A stretch of DNA of 64,000 bases from Blasia pusilla (Eukaryota). The notes under the pieces were generated by a model. It saw only the letters and a program-made list of their open reading frames with translations. It was not told the DNA's origin and made no database searches. This document shows, in pieces, positions 51,384 to 64,000 of this stretch. The position numbers were made by a program, and so were the translations under genes. Every line of letters begins with the position of its first letter. Position 1 is the stretch's first letter. The DNA lies in contig CM114271.1 in the NCBI GenBank assembly GCA_050084515.1, forward strand, positions 13,206,001 through 13,270,000. The letters run 5' to 3'.

Positions 51384-54300
51384 GAAATCTCCTTGAGATG
51401 GACGAAAAGACAAATCAAGAAGGGAGAGAGATAAGACTTCTCTCCTGACGTCAAAGATCCTACAAATTGATGACATAGGCATGTACAAGCCCCGCAAAAT
51501 CTACTCCTTGCTCTTTAGGATGCAGATGCATGTTCCAAAGAGTGTAACACTACTTCACAAGCTTATTGCTCATGTAGTACATTCTACCAGGGTTGAACAA
51601 GACCTGGTACAACTTGCAGAATTGCGCTAATAGGGGAGGGCTCAACATCTGCGGCTTGTAGCCGTTCCTTCCTAAGCGCTCTGTTGTCACATACCCGAGT
51701 TCTTCAAGATCTTCCTCTCGGAGGAGGGCATCAAAGTCAAGTTCATCTTCAAGGGCCGTAGGTGATCCATACGCGAGGCGCCACAGATCGGCGGACCAAT
51801 TATCCGGCTCGTCCCAATACTTTTACCCCTTCTTGACGAATTCGTTCACCTTGGAACTTGAATGCAGCTCTGCAAGTAACGCCACCAAACATCTGCCATA
51901 AAGACCTATCCTCCAAGGCTTCACGAATCTCACTCAAAATACCTAAGGCCACGTATACTGTGCACTTCATAAGAGCCATGGCCGCACCTCGCGCCATCAC
52001 CTCCCGCTTCCGTATGTGTTTGCGAGTTTTCTGAAGAGTTTGCTTAGGTCGGCTCTTGGCGGTCCCTCGACCTCTTGTTATGTGAAGTGAGTGGATTTGC
52101 CTCCATACTTTGGCTTCCATGGGCCTGATAACCGCTAGTCTTACGTAACGGCTACTCCTTCCATAACGGCCTCTTGGCACTCTTCGCGATCAAGTGCAAA
52201 GACTCTGAAGACAAAGAAGTCAAAGACCGAGAAGGCGACGACAACGAAGACAAATATGACCAAGATAAAAAACACAAAGACCAAGAAAATAGTCTTTGCC
52301 AGCTTGGCCAAGGATACTCCGGAGTCTTTAGATGTGTCTTTAACGCACTTTGCACGGAAAGGGACTGGTGAACCTATTCCCCCTCCCTCAGCCCTTAGTT
52401 GGGTACATGATATGAACATGCATGCCATTTACTCATGTTGGCAATGCTTCCCCCCTCAATGTTTCCAATTTTAAAGAACCAATACTCATTAAGGTCCCAT
52501 CCAATTTAACTTCAGCTTCACCGAGAACTTCAAACGGCGATTGTCAAAAAGTAGTACCAAATCTCCTTCTCGAATTGACTATGGGCGCATATTCTTGTCA
52601 TAGAGTCTCTTTCTTTGTGCTTGGATTATCTTTGTATGGCCAAGATCAAGATGTCTTGCCTACTCTACGGCTACCAAGTCTTTTTTCCTCTTTGTGGTGA
52701 TAGCTAGCCAAATCTTCTTCGTTCCTTTCCTCTTCCAGAATCCGGTAGGTGGGCATATCCTATTCAATTGGAATCAAGGGTTGAATCCCATACATCAGGT
52801 AGAATAGTGTGTACTTGGTAGTGACCTTTTCCGCTATTCACTAGGCCCAGGGATCTTGATGCAGCAGGGATCTTGGTATCCCAGTCATAGGAATAAGTGA
52901 CAGTTAGGCGATTCAAAATCCTGCAAATAAGCCCATTGGACTTTTCTGTCAACCCATTGGCTTTAGGATTGTAGGGTGTAGTCTTCCTATGCTTGATCAA
53001 GAAGTGATTCGTCAACATTTTGACCATTTTGTTGAGGAAATGGGTCCCTCGATCGCTTGCAAGTTCCAGCGGACAACCGTATCTGGTAATTATCATCTCA
53101 TATAAGAACTTGGCCATTGCCATACTGTCATCTTTCCGAGTAGCTCTGTTTCCACTATCTTGGTACAATAATCAGAACAATTAAGATATATTTCCGTGGT
53201 CTGCTGGTGGTCTGGTGAAATAGGTCCCACTTAAATCAATACCCCACTTCTCAAAAGGGGCCAAAGGGAGAATAGGAACCAAAGGCCAGCCAGAGGTCAT
53301 TGTCAACCTCCCGCTCTTTGACAAGCATCACACTTCTAGATGATGAACTGGACATCCCAATACATTGTGGGCCACCAATAGCGCGTGTGTCAGGATCTTC
53401 TTGACATTATTCTTGATCGCATAATGTCCTCCTTCATCCTCCAAATGCATAGCAAAGCAATCATTGGAGGAACTTGCTCCTCCTCCAAGCACCTTCAGAT
53501 TCTTCGTCTCACGCCGAGCTTGAATAACACATCTTGGCAGAGCTCATAGGGCCCTACCTTATGTAGAAACAAAGGTCCGTTCTTCTCATTTATATGGGTG
53601 GGAAATTTGAGAGTGACGAAGAATTGTAGAATCTCTTTGTACGAAGAACTTTTCAGGGACTCTTTGCTAATCAAGAATAGATCTTCATCTGGAAAGTTGT
53701 CTTCTAGGATCTTCGTGAGATCGGTCTTGCGCCCTCAAGCACGATAGAAAGTCGCGTTGGTGTGGACCTTCCCGCTCTTGTTACCACGTCTAATGTGAAT
53801 TCTTGTAACAAGAGAATCCACCAAGCAATCCTCCCTGACAAATCTTCTTTGACCACTAAGGCACGAAGCGCAAAATGGTCAACATGAAAAACAAACAGGT
53901 ACCCCAACAAGTAATGCCGGAACTTCTTGCAGGCAAAGACCATTCCTAAGGCCTCTCTCTCCGTTATAGTGTACTTTTGCTCCGCAACTGAGAGTTGTCG
54001 ACCTGCATAGTAGACGGGGTAAATTTTCTTCTTCTCATCCAACTCACTTAGTACCACTCCAATCGCAAGCGAAGAGGTGTCTACATACACCTCGAAGTCT
54101 TTGTCTATTCAGGAGGGCGAAGCACCGAAGACGTCATGAGCGCCCGCTTCAACTCTTCAAATGCAGCTTGACAAGTTGGAGACCACTCCCATTCCTCGGT
54201 CTTCTTCGGGGTAGTCAAAGGCTTCGCCTTTAGTGCATAATCTTTAATGAATCGGCGGTAATACCTACATGCCCCAAGAATCCTCTCACCACGAAGACTC

Positions 54301-57300
54301 GTGGGAGATTCCAACTCTAAAATTATCTCCACCTTAGCCTTATCCACTTTGATACCAAGACGAGGATACTTGATGCCCCAACAGATATCTGCTTCATTGC
54401 AATGTAAGATTTCTCCAGGTGCAAAGACAACTAAACTTCTCAGCACCGAGCAAAGGTTAGCTCTAACTTCTATAAATGCTCGGCTGCTAAGCTGAAGACA
54501 CAAAAGTCATCCAGGAAGATCACTATGAATCTTCCCAAGTACTCTTGAAAGATATAAATCATCATTCTTTGAAAGTTGGTTGGTGCGTTGCAAAGCCCAA
54601 AAGAAATATCTCGATAAGCAAAAGTGCCCCAATCCGTAGTGAAGGTAGTCAGGGCCTGGTCCTTCTCTCTAATGGACACTTGATTGTAACCTGAATATCC
54701 GTGTAAGAATGTAAAGTGCTCATGACCGGGCATTTTATCTAAGATAGTATCTATAAAGGGCAGTGGGTGATGATCCTTCATGGTGGCTACATTCAGCTTC
54801 TAGTAGTCTTGACAAACCCTGATCTTTCCCGACTACTTCTTTGGTACAATGAAAATGGGGACACTCATTCACTTCTCAAGACAAGATATATGACTCCCCT
54901 CACGCCAACCGTCAATCTCATCCTTAACCATTAAAGAATACTTCAGATTCAGCCTATACGGACGCATCCGCACTGGAACTGTATCGGGCTTAAGATTGAT
55001 CCTATGTCCCCCATACTTGGCTGGCACTCCTTTCATCTCATCCATGGTGTAGGCAAACACGTCAAGGTACTATGCAAGTAAGGTCTTATATTGTGAAAGT
55101 TCAGAAGTAGACAAATCTGTAGACAGATGCAAGGCCTTAGTGTCTGAGATAAAGACTTCTTGATAGTCTTTCTTCTGCACCTCTGTGGAAGGACTTACTC
55201 TGCTCTAGCTATGAGAACTCTTCATCTATCTCATAACATTTACGGGAAGATTCTGCAATAGTGGAAAGTGGGACACAAGAAGAAGATAGGAGAAAAGAAG
55301 CTCCCATTGGTGGATCTATTCCACATAGAAGTTGAAGACCTTGGAGCCTCGGAGGTGGAAGTGGAAATTGAGGGGCATACCATCAAGAAGGTCCCTATTG
55401 ATTTCGGAAGCAGGATCAACATCATGACAGAGCAAACCGCTCAAGCCTTGGGTTACACTAAGTATGAGCCCACAGATAAGTACTTACGCTTTGCAAACCG
55501 ATCTTGTAAGCGACTATTGGGGCAACTTACTTAGATAGGAGGAGTGCTATTCTTACTGGACTATCTTTTCCTTCAGCCTTTGACAGTCACAAGGTACCCC
55601 TACTAATCGGAAGACCTTGGCTCTATGGGGATCAAGTCAAAAGGGATTGGAAAAGACAAAGATTCACTTTCCAAGCTCCATCAAATACTCCAAAGAAGCT
55701 GGTGAAGTTGTCTTGGAAGTCTCGGCCTTCTCAAGGAGAGACACCCGCTACGGATGAGGGGTATACTTTGGATCAAGGCTCGGAAGTCGCCATAGAGTCC
55801 TCGTCCTATGTGTGCTATCTGTTGGACTGGCTGCCAAATCCTTCAGCAAGTCATAGGCTTCTATCACCAGCGAGGAAGCCACTGAGGTCTCCACCGTGGG
55901 TTCTTCTTGCTTGGTCAAGGACTCTTCAGGTAAGGCTGCACTTATTTGCTCCTCATAGACTTGGCTGTGGACATGCTTATCCACCTCATGATGGAAGTAC
56001 TTCGGATGATTTCGATCAAACTCCGAGTCCACATCGCCTTTTAAAATATCCTTCCTTGCTCAAAATGTCTCAAGTGCTTTCTTCATAGCCGGTTTTCTTC
56101 GTGAAGATGAAGACTCTTGGTGTTTGCCCGGTAGTGTTCCTAGTCTTTGCCCTGGTTTCCACTTTGAAGACCTCGTTGAGGATGTCTTCGGGCCAATCAG
56201 AGGACTCTTCCTCAATCTTCCTTGCAAGTTCTTCATCCTTAATGGTCGCCCTCCTTGTCTCCCTTGGTGAAGTGACATCTTCTACGCGTGCTAGTTGCAC
56301 ATTAACATCATTTTTGGCTTTTGTCGGCGTGGGTGGGGTAGTTACATATTTGACGAAGAGTCTTGGAACTTGAGGCTACGGGCACTCCACCGCAGTGTGT
56401 CCTCCCTTCTTGCAATTGCCACAGAGGGGATTCAGCCCCACTAGTCTCTTTGGGTTTGGACAATTGTTTGCCCAGAGATTGGCTGTCCCACAATTATAGC
56501 AAACAATCTCTCTTGATTGGTGGGGTGAATGTTATGGTCCCATGATATGCCGTAAAGGCCTCCGCTCTCCATACTCGGGAGGTACGTATTTGGGAATCCA
56601 GTTGCGAGGAGTATTGGCTCCGGGAACTGCTTGGATTGCATAGCATCCCACGGATCTGCTTGATACCATCCCTCCTCCATAGATGGGTCTTCTTGGACCT
56701 AACGTAACTCTCGTTGAAGCGGGCACTCTCGCACTGTATGCCTTTGAGTCCCTCAAGAACTGCACCATATATTAGGCCGCATAGGTCGTAGCCTTCTTCT
56801 AGGATCCTTTTGGGCCACTAGGTGTACCTTTAGTTTGGCCATCTGCTTCGTCAATTTGCTGATGGCGGACTTCTCCCCATCCTTCTTAGTCTTGTGGGCG
56901 GGACTCACAGATTTGCGGATCTCTGTCTTCACGCTCTTGTCCTTACGCCCTTTCCCTGTGGACCATTTTGGGCATCTTTCTTTCTTCTTGCCTTTGCCCT
57001 TGGAGTCTTCCTTAGACTCTGAGTCTTCGCTGGTACTGCGTGACAAGGTATCCAAAGACAAAGACTCTTCAGACAAAGAGCTTGTCCGCTTCCTTTGATG
57101 TCTTTTCTTCCGAGTCCTCCTGGACTTCTCCTAGGCCTCGTAGGCTTTTGTTGAGGTGATGACCATTGCTAAGGAGTCTCTTTGCCCTCTGTGACATAAC
57201 CATCCATCTCCTAGGATAGACCCGACACATACCAATCCACCAATTGTGACATATTGGTGCGCTCGAGCTTGCCAACCAAGCTGCAAAATCTTTTATTGTA

Positions 57301-57851
57301 CTCTCTCAAAGTCTCTTTCGTCCTCCTCTTGAGATCACAAAGCTTTGTAAGTAAGCGATCGTCAAATTCTAGGTCTCGGAACTCATGAAGGAATGTCTTA
57401 AGCAAGGTTTTCCAAGTTTCTAGGTGTTTTGCTTCTATTCCCTCATACCACTGACTAGCACGCTTCTATAAGAGTCCAGGAAAGACTCTAAGAAGATCTT
57501 CCTCCGATCCTTCTCCATTCGCTTTTGCTACATGGTTAAACTCCAAAATAAAGTCATCCGCATCATCCCGCTTGCTTCCAACAAAGGTGGGGAACCTCAA
57601 CACCAATTTGCGTGGTTGTGCCATCGGCGCTTTGCTGCCTTCGCTACTGGGAGGACTTCCGCCACTTGATGGGGAAGGCAAGTCCCTTATGGTACTGTTA
57701 TCCTTCTCTTTTTCCGAGTTTTGTGGTCGACCGATCCCACTCCTCTTTTGGGTCTGTCTTCACTAGTGAATCAGGAGGCGTAGGTGACTTCCTCCTTTCT
57801 CGTCTTTGCCCATGAGGCTTTGGACGAAGAGGGGAACGGTTCTTTGTAGGT

Positions 57852-57868
57852 GTCCCTGGCGGTCTCCA
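57852..57868 (-). other. Putative primer binding site (tRNA-Arg-like, degenerate)
   Basis: TGGAGACCGCCAGGGAC just inside LTR; resembles TGGCGAC..GGGAC PBS type. Confidence 0.5.
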
Positions 57869-57875
57869 ACTACAC

Positions 57876-59136
57876 TGTCTTTACAAGTAAAAAAGAATAA
57901 AAGGATTTTCTTCCCTCTTAGAAAAGACTCTTCTCAAGTATAGACAAAGACTCTTGCGAATCTTGGATAACAAAGCTCCAACGAAGACCTCAAAGAAACC
58001 TCAAGAATGAACGGCTCATCCTACTCTCAGAAGTGAATCTGTCATGGCAAGTTACTCATTGTCTAATAGCGTTCCTACGCTCTTTCTGATTATCTTCTGG
58101 AATTCCGAAATCACAAGACTCAACACTCATCCCTACTGCAGCCCAATAAGGTTTTACACTCAACTCCGCACATCAGAAAGCATATATGAGAGAAGACTCT
58201 TCTTCTGCATCAAAGAGTGGAAAGAACTAGAATGTATTGCAAGCTTTAGAAATGATAAGACTCTTTGGCTTGGATCATCCCCAAGGAACTCATTACACAA
58301 TCCACCAAGACTACTGGTAAACTCAAGATACAAGGGACTAATTCTAACCAACAAAGATCGGGAATTCAAGACACAAGGGAATAATCCCTTCTTCTTCTTC
58401 TAATTTACTCTTCAAATAGTCTCTTACAATCCCTGATTGATCTTCCTATTCTACTCTATATTTCTAATTGGTAATCCTAACCTCCTTGGTTTAAATTCTC
58501 CAACCCTCCAGCTTCTTAAGACGGTTGTTTGCCCTGGCGATTCTTTTTTTTTTTTCCTTTTTAAATTGTTGCGCCTCTTTATTTCCGGCTTCCGAAACCA
58601 CCGCGATGGCGCTTAGCGCTCTTCGGAGTCCTATATTTGTGATCCTTTCTTTGAAATCCTATCTTTGCAAAGACTCTTATCCTTCTGTCGCCGCGAAGAG
58701 TTCTCCTTGCGATTTCCTTTCAGTCCCCTTTCTTCAAAAATATTCTTTCTATTTCCTATTCTTTATACACCTTTCCACTTTGTCAAGACTCTTTGCTTCC
58801 TCTTCCTTATTAGAGTTCTTAGTCTTTGCTCTTGGGTCTTTGATCTTTATTCTTTGTACCCAGTTTTCCCACAAAGAGCACCTTCAGTCTTCTTTTACAA
58901 AGAAGCTTTTTCCAATCTTTTCCTACTTTTACACAATTCTCACTCTTCCAAGACAATCCTTAATCTCTTACTATCTCTTGTCCTCTCATCAGAGTTCTAT
59001 CAGTCAATATTTTCACAGAATTTTGGTAAAGTATGCCTCTTTTTTTTCCGGAATTGAGTCTTTAGTCTTCACTCAAGGAAGACTTTTCTACAAAAAATGC
59101 TCTTTCTGTCAAAATTTCAAAAACGTGGGCACTACA
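57876..59136 (-). repeat. 5' LTR of Athila-like element
   Basis: Starts TGTAGTGCCCACG; homologous to 25169-25937; inner boundary approximate. Confidence 0.8.
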
Positions 59137-59844
59137 ATAACCTTGGAATAGGCATGCATGGAAGATGTGGGCTAGTATTGTGGCTGATTTCATGAGTGTA
59201 CTGGAGGTCGTTGAAAGTGGAAGATGCAAAAGAGCCAAATAAAAAAAAAAACCCAAAAAATGAAACGATCAGAAGGCAATCAGATTGGGAGCCAATCAAC
59301 CTGAGTCATGCAATCTGTTGGATGCTGACAAGTGATAGGAATTCTACAAGTTTCAGAAATAACGTGTTAGAAAATAATGGTTTGAAGATAATGGGGGAAG
59401 GAGGAGAAAGTGAAGAAGCCTGCCAAAATGCCTGAAAGGATGGACAAAGAGAAAAGCAGCCACTCAAGCGTACCAACTTTGAATCCGACAGGTTGCATGA
59501 CTAGATGACACAAAATGGAGATAAAAAAATAGGTCGCAAGAGAGTCATGTTGTAACTTCGTCAACCTGGTCTACACATATCACAAGACACGAGTCACGAG
59601 TCATGTTGTAACTTTGTCAACCTAGTCTACAAATATCACAAGACATGAGTTTGTCATCCATATCTTTACTGATTCAAGTTCCATTTTTGGTAGAGTAACC
59701 TATCTTCGTTTGACGGTTTCAAAAAAACAAAATCACGCGCGGTAAGAGGAGAGGAAGAGAGGAAGACCATTCTAGTCAATGAGGAAAATATTACAGACAT
59801 GCCCTAGAGGGGAGAAATATAGAGAGAAGAAATAATGTCAACTC

Positions 59845-61315
59845 TTACAACCTGTCAGAATCAGACAAGTTGCAAACCTGGTCCAAGACCGAAACTTGTC
59901 GGAATCCGATAAGTTGCAAACTTGGTCTCTGGTTTTCAATCCATCGGAAATTGACTAGTTGCAAACCTGGTCCAAGACATCCAACTTGTCAGAATCCGAC
60001 AGGTTGCAAATTGGTCCCTGGTTTGCAACCCATCGGAATTCGACAGGTTGCGAACTTGGGCCTTGGATGAAACCCGTCGAACTTCGATAGGTTGCAAACT
60101 TAGGCCCTGGTTTGAAACCCGTCGGAATCCGACAACTTGCAAAATTTGTCTTGGTTTGCAACTTGTTGGAAGACCATCCAGTAGACACATCAAGACATAA
60201 TCAAGAATGAGCTCGATCAGACACAAAAGCACAACAATTCAGCAAACTCTTCAGAAACCATCAATGTGGAAAAATTGTATGTCCTTTAGGGAAACTCAAA
60301 AATTTACATTTGATCTAGTCTATGATTTCTTCAGCCTCGTCATCTACAAATTTACTCCTAACTCTCTTAGGTTCTTGTACAAAAGGAATGTCTTGGGATA
60401 TAAGGTGCTCATCTGGCCGATTGTAGATGGGGATTGAGAATGTAGGGGAATTCGAGAGCCTTGCCCCCCTCCCTTAGGTGCACCATATTGGTCCCATGTG
60501 TGATGATTTGAGTCCCAATGCCTTACCTTGCAGAAAATCTTGCATGCTCTGCAAGGTGACACCCATCTAGTACCAATATGTGCTCCGCCGTTTGAAACCA
60601 CTAAATCCCAACTCCAAAACGCTTCAATCGATTGAACCCGATAAATCTTTGAGCTCACTCGTCATGGTCCCAGAGCTCTTCCAGAATTATTGTCGGTTTT
60701 GTCCTCCTGATTTTTGGAATTTCCGGAAGTGACGATGGTGTCACTACCAATGGTGGCTCTGGAGCTTTAGCAATACTCTCACCAGCCTCTCTAATGCGCT
60801 TTACGCCCCTCGCAAAGGTCGAAAAGTTTAGACCTTCCTCAAGGCAGAGAATGTTCGTGCCGAGGAGTGGTAGGGGAGAGGAAGAGAGGAAGGAAGGAGA
60901 AAAAGAGAGGAAGAGAGGAGAGAGGAAAATATTGGAAACCCCTAGGGTTCTCTTGGTTTGAAGAGAGTTTCCAACATGTTGAGAGAGGAAAGTTTTGACA
61001 AGTTGAAAGGAATTTTTTTCCAAAAAATTGGCGGTGATTTTTTTTTGAATTTTTTTACCTTTTCAACCCGTAGGAACGACGGGTTGAAAAGGTTTAGGTT
61101 GCAATTTTTTTTTTGCTTTTTATTTTTAATGAAAATTTTGCATTTTTGGGGTTTATTAACAATTGCAACCCGTTGGACTCGACGAGTCGCCATGATGCCT
61201 AGAAAGCAACCCGTCGGACTCGACGGGTTGCAAAGGTAAAAACCAAAAAAATGATTTTTTTCCTTAACAAAAAAAAAAAAAATTGCAAACCCATTGGTAT
61301 CCGACGGGTTGCACT
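59845..61315. repeat. Two clusters (59845-60170, 61060-61315) of palindromic GCAACC(C/T)GTCG-N4-CGAC(G/A)GGTTGC units
   Basis: Perfect 11-bp stem at 61206-61231; about a dozen degenerate copies. Confidence 0.75.
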
Positions 61316-61494
61316 AAGTTTCCTCTCTTGAAAAAAATCTCCAAAAATATTACTCACTTATAATCCATAATCTTCATATTTTTTGAAGAGAGTTTCAATT
61401 TTTTTTTTTCCCTTTTGTGCCTTTTTTTTTTTTTCTAAAAGAGACTCTCTCTCTTCCTCTCCTCTCATCCTCTCTCTTGCCAAAATTCCAGCCC

Positions 61495-61820
61495 GTTCCG
61501 CCACTCGCTGCAGACGCCTCAAATACTTGCGCTGAAAGGCCTACCAAATCAAAGACCAAGTCACACGGCCTCGAGTAGAGCTCCATGAGTGTCTTCATCA
61601 GGCAGGTGTGACTTCTCCCTTCCTCCAAGTAAGGATGTCCCTTCTTGCATGAAAATTTCTGGGAATTATAAAGACTATCTAAGGTGTATCCATCGAACAT
61701 GGATCCACTGGATCCGGATCTGGAACACCTCAAAGTTATGCCCGGTCTCACAAAAAAGAGACAAATGAGTGGTCCATTTGTGAAGAAGCCAGTGCCAAAC
61801 GATGTCAAGATAAACAAAAG
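61495..61820 (-). pseudogene. Possible N4/N6-type (beta-class-like) DNA methyltransferase SAM-binding remnant
   Basis: GHPY.(GGREKS in adjacent frame)..LMKTLMELYSRPCDLVFDL.....VFEASAASG. Confidence 0.4.
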
Positions 61821-61949
61821 GTAGTAGTGTAATGTACAAGGATATTAGAAAGTAATCATTTTGGGAGTATTTATGGAGTTCGATCCCCAAGAAGATCACT
61901 ATTATTCGAAAAGAGAGCTTTAAGGTATGTTGTTTATATGAAGATGATA

Positions 61950-62690
61950 ATTATGTTTATACAAAAAAAATTCAATCATTCATCCGATCATTCTCCTTCT
62001 CAAAAGTACCAAGGTTTCCTTTCTTCTGTTCTCTCGAGTGGTGTAGAGCAAACTCTCGGGCATATGCTTCCTTACACACAAGAACCTCACAGAGATCTCA
62101 ATTGCTCGATGGCTTCTCCTACTCTCAGAATTGAATCCGTCTCGGTAGGTTACTCTCTATCAAACAGATTTCCTACATCTATCAATTGATTATCCTTTTA
62201 GTGCAAGTGTCTCTCCCAATCTATTCTCACTCCGCAGACCCAATAAGATCTCTCAAACATATGCATCGCACATCAGAAGGAAGGATTGAGGTCTGTACTA
62301 TTCCATCAAGAGCAAAAAGGCTGCAAAGTGGTTACAAGCACAAGAAGGTACTACTCTCTAGCTCGGATAATTCCTACATCATATGGACGTCACAATAGAA
62401 TGATACTAAAGACTCCTTTGATAATCTTTAGATAGTCCCTTAACCGACGTCAGTAGCAAAGATCTAGAGCGTTTCTTTAGAGTAGAGAGCTCTTGGGATC
62501 GTTTAACTACTTAAATCTACGTTTCGCTTAGCTTTTCCTATGATCCCTAGGAATTTTCTGGTTATAAGTGTTCTAACTTCTTATTTGCTCTGAAAAGTCA
62601 CGCCTCCTCCTAACCTAACCACTCTGACATTGTACCGCTTGAAATCACAGACAATCTTCTCTTTATTGCGAAGTCAGGACCTCTTCCTCT
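61950..62690 (-). repeat. Diverged LTR fragment related to 57876-58500
   Basis: Shared blocks CCTACTCTCAGAA.TGAATC, CCCAATAAG, CGCACATCAGAA. Confidence 0.6.
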
Positions 62691-62694
62691 TCAA

Positions 62695-63462
<768 letters not shown>

Positions 63463-64000
63463 GTCCACAACCTCTAGAGCGGCTTTCCAAATTTGCAATG
63501 CTCCAATTATTTTCAAACTGCACCTCTGCTTTTTGAGCCCATGTGCTGTCTGTCTCTCTCCCGCTCTTGCCCAATGTCGATGCTCTTTGCCTCTCTTCGC
63601 GCTCTTGGCCAACATCGACGCTCTTGCCTCTCTTTGATGTCTTTTTTATCGTTCAGACTCTCTCTCCCGCTTTAGTGCATCTCCCGCGCCTTGGGATCCC
63701 TTTCATGTTCGTGAATCAAAACCCTAACAAAAGAATTAAGCAAACTACAATACAAGAAAAAGAAAGCTCTAGAACAAGATAAGGTCGTAGGTCTTCAGCC
63801 CAATTCCTCTATTGTGGCCGTGGAAACCAGGGATCGAATCTGAGGAGGGGCACTTGCGACTTCTAAAGCTTAAGGTGTTAACTCTCTTTTTAGAACTATC
63901 AACACCACGTCCATACGCGTAAAAGGGTGTCATTTATTTTGTTCTAATTTTAAAGTTATTACTTTTTATAGTTTTTGGTTAGGATTTTACGAATTTTTTC

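Larger units (their letters stand above)
51384..59136 (-). mobile_element. Athila-like Gypsy element: 5' LTR, gag, pol, extra ORF; 3' truncated
   Basis: gag PTFVG..DADDFILEF; RT FGLCNAP..FLDDF; RH YVDTS..EREALG; IN SDRGTHF. Confidence 0.92.

Noticed and set aside
58525-59151. Hydrophobic 208-aa ORF (env-like?)
   Set aside because: Antisense of a purine-rich LTR; F/S/L bias is compositional
59845-61315. CRISPR-like array
   Set aside because: Degenerate units, irregular non-unique spacers, eukaryotic TE context, no cas genes

Overview
No intact host gene is recognisable. The window is a dense nest of decayed eukaryotic transposable elements of plant/streptophyte type (probably a non-seed plant; host is inference). 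It contains RTE/RTEX-like LINEs abutting (GA)n tracts, Copia and chromovirus fragments, two Athila-like Gypsy copies, and MULE, CACTA and hAT remnants. The standout is a Ty3/Gypsy family, full-length at 32289-42624 (+) with a second partial copy at 1-5624 (-). Its pol region carries a complete, non-permuted DNMT3-like C5 cytosine methyltransferase domain between protease and RT, and its integrase ends in a PHD finger. Its termini are not ordinary LTRs but a split direct repeat A...B-A-B with TG..CA ends and a 4-bp TSD, an architecture I know from tyrosine-recombinase retroelements rather than DDE-integrase Gypsy elements. A possible decayed N4/N6-type DNA methyltransferase fragment lies at ~61500-61820. 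All calls are by eye from motifs and internal copy comparisons; many boundaries are approximate.
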